Positions 60,766 to 64,000 of a stretch of 64,000 nt of DNA are shown here, in pieces (position 1 is the first letter of the stretch; each line of letters starts with the position of its first letter). Location of the stretch: the IMG/VR virus record IMGVR_UViG_3300028797_000093. The stretch is one strand, 5' to 3'. The position numbers and the translations under genes are program-made. Source of the stretch: a virus. Taxonomy: Duplodnaviria; Caudoviricetes. The notes below the pieces were generated by a model that did no database searches, was not told the origin of the DNA, and saw only the letters and a list, made by a program, of their open reading frames with translations.

Positions 60766-62523
60766 TTACTTGGTGAGACCGGCATTGTGAGGAACAGTTA
60801 CCTGCACCTCACCAGAAGGACTCTTGACGGTGGCGACGTTCTTCCCATCACCACCATAACAGATCCCGATCAGGGGATCCTTGCGATAGCTCCCCAGGAT
60901 GTTGTCCTTGACATCATCATTGGTCATGATCAGCACACCATTGGTATACTCAATCACCCTGAACCGAGGATCAGGGATGATATCGCTGATGGCAGCCTGA
61001 AGCTCCCTGCAGTTGTACAGGTCGCTGATGATGCCATTGAGGGTCTGCCTGGACTCCTTGTTGGGCTGCTCAGGAATGGTGGAGAGATCCACGAAGTTCT
61101 TGTTGATATCTCTCCACTGGCGATTGTACATGGCCTTCTGGTTGAAGAGCCATTTCCGCCCGTTTTTGAAGAACTTGGTCAGGAGCTCGTCGGTGTAGAC
61201 GAGATTCTTCCCGACATTCTTCTGGAGCTCAAACCATTCTTTATATTCAAGGCCGGCAGATGCTCCAATGGAGAATTTAGCTCTTTTATCGAAGACTTTT
61301 CCAAGGTCAACGATGAATTTGAGATCGGTGAGTTCCTGATCTCCGTTGAAGAGATGGAACTCATAAATGCCAACAGGAGCCATAGCTTCGTCTCTCAGCT
61401 CCCTAAAGTCGCAGGTGAAACCGGAGTCTTTGATTGTGCCCAGCACGTCCCAAAGCAGGGTATTCCCCGCTTCCTCAGAGATCTCCGGATGCCCACCCTT
61501 GACGATAGAAAGAAGAGGATTCTCAGCAGGAGTTTCCTCAGTTTCCACCATGGGAGTGATCTTGACCTTCACAGGCTCTTCTCTGATCAGAGAAGGATCA
61601 ACACCAGGCAGATCACCTTCGACCTTCATCCCAGTGTCAACGATCTCTTTCTTCTCCCTCTCCTTCACGACGAACCCAGCAGGATGAGGGGGAGGAACCT
61701 GCTGAGTTTCAGTAGGGTTTACCTGCTGAATCCCCTCCACAGAGGCAAGGGGAATCAGAACAGGAGCACCCTGCTGATTCAGAGCGACCTCATACAGAAT
61801 GCCGTTCATGTTGACGATATTCCTCTGAGGGGCAGTCTGCTGAGGCTGGGGAGGAGCAGTGAACACCATCGGCTGCTGATCAGCCATGGGCTGGGATTCC
61901 ATGGAAATCCCACGCAGGAACTGCTCCATTGGATTGTACCCAAACGGATTCTGTTGAACAGGAATCGTCTGGGCAGCCGGATGAGCCACATCAGGAGCTT
62001 CTTCCTGAGAAGCCGGAGCTTCATTGCTGGCAGGAGCCTCAGGTTCCTGAGAAACTTCAGGAGCTTCTTCAGCTTTCTTGGCTTCTTCCTGGGAGACCTT
62101 GATAGGATCGTCCTTCATGATGATCGCCATCTGAAAGAAATCCACATCATAGGAATTCCGCCGCCGATCAGCAGGAAGCTTGAATTGGGTCTTGATGAAG
62201 AGTTCCTTGAGGAATTCGAAATCTTTCTTTTCAGGATGATCCTTCAGGAACTGGGCGACCTCCACAGCCCGCTCCTCAGATTCAGCGAGTCCGTTTTCAA
62301 GGATGAAAGCAGGGGTGCAGGTGCCCCATTTGCTCTCATCTGTGAAACCTTCGTCAGTTTCACTGGGAGCCTCAGGCTTTTCATCTTCCTTCTTGTAGAT
62401 GATGGATTCCACCTCGGCCTTCACACGGTCGCCGATGGCCTTCACCCAGTTCTCCATGGCTTCTCCCATGGCCTCGTATGCCTTGGTGAGCTCAGTCTTT
62501 TCCTTCTCAGTCTTCTTTGCCAT
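60766..62523 (-). CDS. GC-rich hypothetical protein with Pro/Gln/Glu-rich central linker
   Basis: 585 aa; AAGGAGG SD; early-type promoter at about 62635-62680; terminator at 60721-60755. Confidence 0.8.
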   Translation of the reverse strand: MAKKTEKEKTELTKAYEAMGEAMENWVKAIGDRVKAEVESIIYKKEDEKPEAPSETDEGFTDESKWGTCTPAFILENGLAESEERAVEVAQFLKDHPEKKDFEFLKELFIKTQFKLPADRRRNSYDVDFFQMAIIMKDDPIKVSQEEAKKAEEAPEVSQEPEAPASNEAPASQEEAPDVAHPAAQTIPVQQNPFGYNPMEQFLRGISMESQPMADQQPMVFTAPPQPQQTAPQRNIVNMNGILYEVALNQQGAPVLIPLASVEGIQQVNPTETQQVPPPHPAGFVVKEREKKEIVDTGMKVEGDLPGVDPSLIREEPVKVKITPMVETEETPAENPLLSIVKGGHPEISEEAGNTLLWDVLGTIKDSGFTCDFRELRDEAMAPVGIYEFHLFNGDQELTDLKFIVDLGKVFDKRAKFSIGASAGLEYKEWFELQKNVGKNLVYTDELLTKFFKNGRKWLFNQKAMYNRQWRDINKNFVDLSTIPEQPNKESRQTLNGIISDLYNCRELQAAISDIIPDPRFRVIEYTNGVLIMTNDDVKDNILGSYRKDPLIGICYGGDGKNVATVKSPSGEVQVTVPHNAGLTK

Positions 62524-62718
62524 TGTAGTTTCCTCCTTCTTTAGAGTCTGGATTTATTGGTATCCAGATGACCAAAATTATAGACTCGGATATGAGTCTC
62601 ATTTCATTACGCTACGTTAATAAGCCCATATCTTTTATCCAATAATATAATATATAATTAAAATTATAAATTATTACAAAAAAAGATAGAGGTAAATTAA
62701 TACCTCTATCTATTATTT

Positions 62719-64000
62719 TTATATTAATGGAAATTCATATTTAGGATCACAATATCCAAGAGGATGTATCAATTCATTTTGTTGTGTAACTTCTCTTCTA
62801 AATGTAGAATCTAGATCTGAATCTGTTACATTTACTTCAGAGAACTTAGTTGCATATTTCATAAATATAGGTTTCTTTGCATTATAGTAAGTTCTATAAT
62901 AAGAGAAACCATAATCTATTACATCTTTATAAACAGTACCAGACTTTCTAGTTCTACCAAATGTCTGCTGAGCAGTTATTTTGGATTTAAATGGCTCAGC
63001 TAGATTAACAGTCTCTACAAGATCTTCTATGTCTACAGCAGCTCCAGCTGATTTGGTAGTACTTAGAATGATCTTCTTATTAAGCTGCTCATTCTTATTC
63101 TCTTTATCTATTACAGATGTAAAGACTCCTACATCCCCTATTAAATCGGGGAAATTGGCTTCGATCCAGTCTTTTACTCTCTGTATTGATTCATTGAGTC
63201 CTATATAGAAGAGATGTTTACCTCTCTTTCTCATAGCTTGGCATATGAGTACATATAGTAATTTATAGAAATTAGTTTTATTTAATACATAAGCAGCATA
63301 TTTGTTTCTATCAAATCCAAACTTATTTTTACAGTCTTTTATTTCTATAGCTGTAGGATGACTGTTATATTTAATAGCTATATATTCAGTATGAGGATCT
63401 TTCTCTTCATCAAAAAGATCTATAGCAGGTACATTTCTAAAATAATTACCATATATGACATCTTCCATCCTATCTGATCTACCAGGTGTAGCAGTTACAT
63501 AGAATGTCTTATATGTATTTGTATGGTAATCTATTCTATACATATTATCAAAGTTAAGATGAGCTTCATCAAAAAACTTCAATCCTACTTTGATAGCTCT
63601 AAATAACTCATGAATCTTATCCCATCCATTATTAGCTCCATATTGCTGTAGAGTAGCATGAGTAACAAGATATACTTTATGTTTAGGATTAGGATGTCTG
63701 GTATTCATAGCAACTGAAGATGAGCCACTAATGAACATTATCTCATCTTCTTGTATATCAGTATAGTCTAATATAAATCTCTTCCACTGTTTAAGCCACT
63801 CTATAGAATTAGTGATTATAATAGACTTTAAATTCATTACAACCATTGTAGCTATAGAGCAATAAGTCTTACCTTTACCGGTAGGAAGGTTTACAGATAA
63901 CATTGTTCTCTGTTCAGTGAATTTATACTCATCAACTCCTAGCATAAATCTAAGAGCTGTCTGTTGTGCTGTATCTCTTGGAAGATATTTTATATCAGTT
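62719..64000 (-). CDS. SF2 DEAH helicase (UvsW-like), 5'-truncated by window edge
   Basis: LPTGKGKT, FFDEAH, TATPGRSD, QTFGRTR; frame open to 64000 (PRDTAQQTA Q-motif). Confidence 0.9.
   Translation of the reverse strand, partial: TDIKYLPRDTAQQTALRFMLGVDEYKFTEQRTMLSVNLPTGKGKTYCSIATMVVMNLKSIIITNSIEWLKQWKRFILDYTDIQEDEIMFISGSSSVAMNTRHPNPKHKVYLVTHATLQQYGANNGWDKIHELFRAIKVGLKFFDEAHLNFDNMYRIDYHTNTYKTFYVTATPGRSDRMEDVIYGNYFRNVPAIDLFDEEKDPHTEYIAIKYNSHPTAIEIKDCKNKFGFDRNKYAAYVLNKTNFYKLLYVLICQAMRKRGKHLFYIGLNESIQRVKDWIEANFPDLIGDVGVFTSVIDKENKNEQLNKKIILSTTKSAGAAVDIEDLVETVNLAEPFKSKITAQQTFGRTRKSGTVYKDVIDYGFSYYRTYYNAKKPIFMKYATKFSEVNVTDSDLDSTFRREVTQQNELIHPLGYCDPKYEFPLI

Noticed and set aside
60754-62544. 596-aa plus-strand ORF
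   Set aside because: Antisense shadow of the GC-rich minus-strand gene, which has the SD, promoter and terminator
472-62715. Frequent intergenic palindromes as a MITE/REP family
   Set aside because: Stems differ in sequence and sit at gene ends with T/A tracts, consistent with ordinary bidirectional terminators
1-64000. Alternative genetic code (stop-codon reassignment)
   Set aside because: Core genes are full length under the standard code and coding density is high

Overview
AT-rich segment of a jumbo bacteriophage genome, most similar in gene content and promoters to the AR9/PBS1-like phages that encode their own multisubunit RNA polymerases. Strong GGAGG Shine-Dalgarno (SD) sites suggest a Firmicutes host. 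Recognisable genes: baseplate wedge, tail/baseplate protein, several probable head proteins, portal, terminase large subunit, neck proteins, N-terminal half of a split family-B DNA polymerase, primase, SF2 helicase, dCTP deaminase, PC4/YdbC protein, J-domain protein, DarG-like macrodomain, HicB-like protein, and a probable sigma-like non-virion RNA polymerase (nvRNAP) subunit interrupted by a 334-nt group I intron. The most unusual feature is two intergenic tandem arrays (7 units at 29153-30233 on +, 5 units at 46873-47657 on -) of start-less, mostly out-of-frame copies of the C-terminal variable region (VR) of a diversity-generating retroelement (DGR)-type C-type-lectin target. All 12 differ, mainly at codon positions 1-2 of NNY codons. 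No reverse transcriptase (RT), template repeat (TR) or full target gene is in the window, so they look like a silent library of diversified receptor-binding cassettes. Also noted: four ORF-less transcripts starting at late promoters (one a ~450-nt structured RNA), a dispersed four-copy early cassette with SD-sequestering hairpins and variable cargo genes, and isolated GC-rich genes. All assignments come from reading motifs by eye; no database searches were run.
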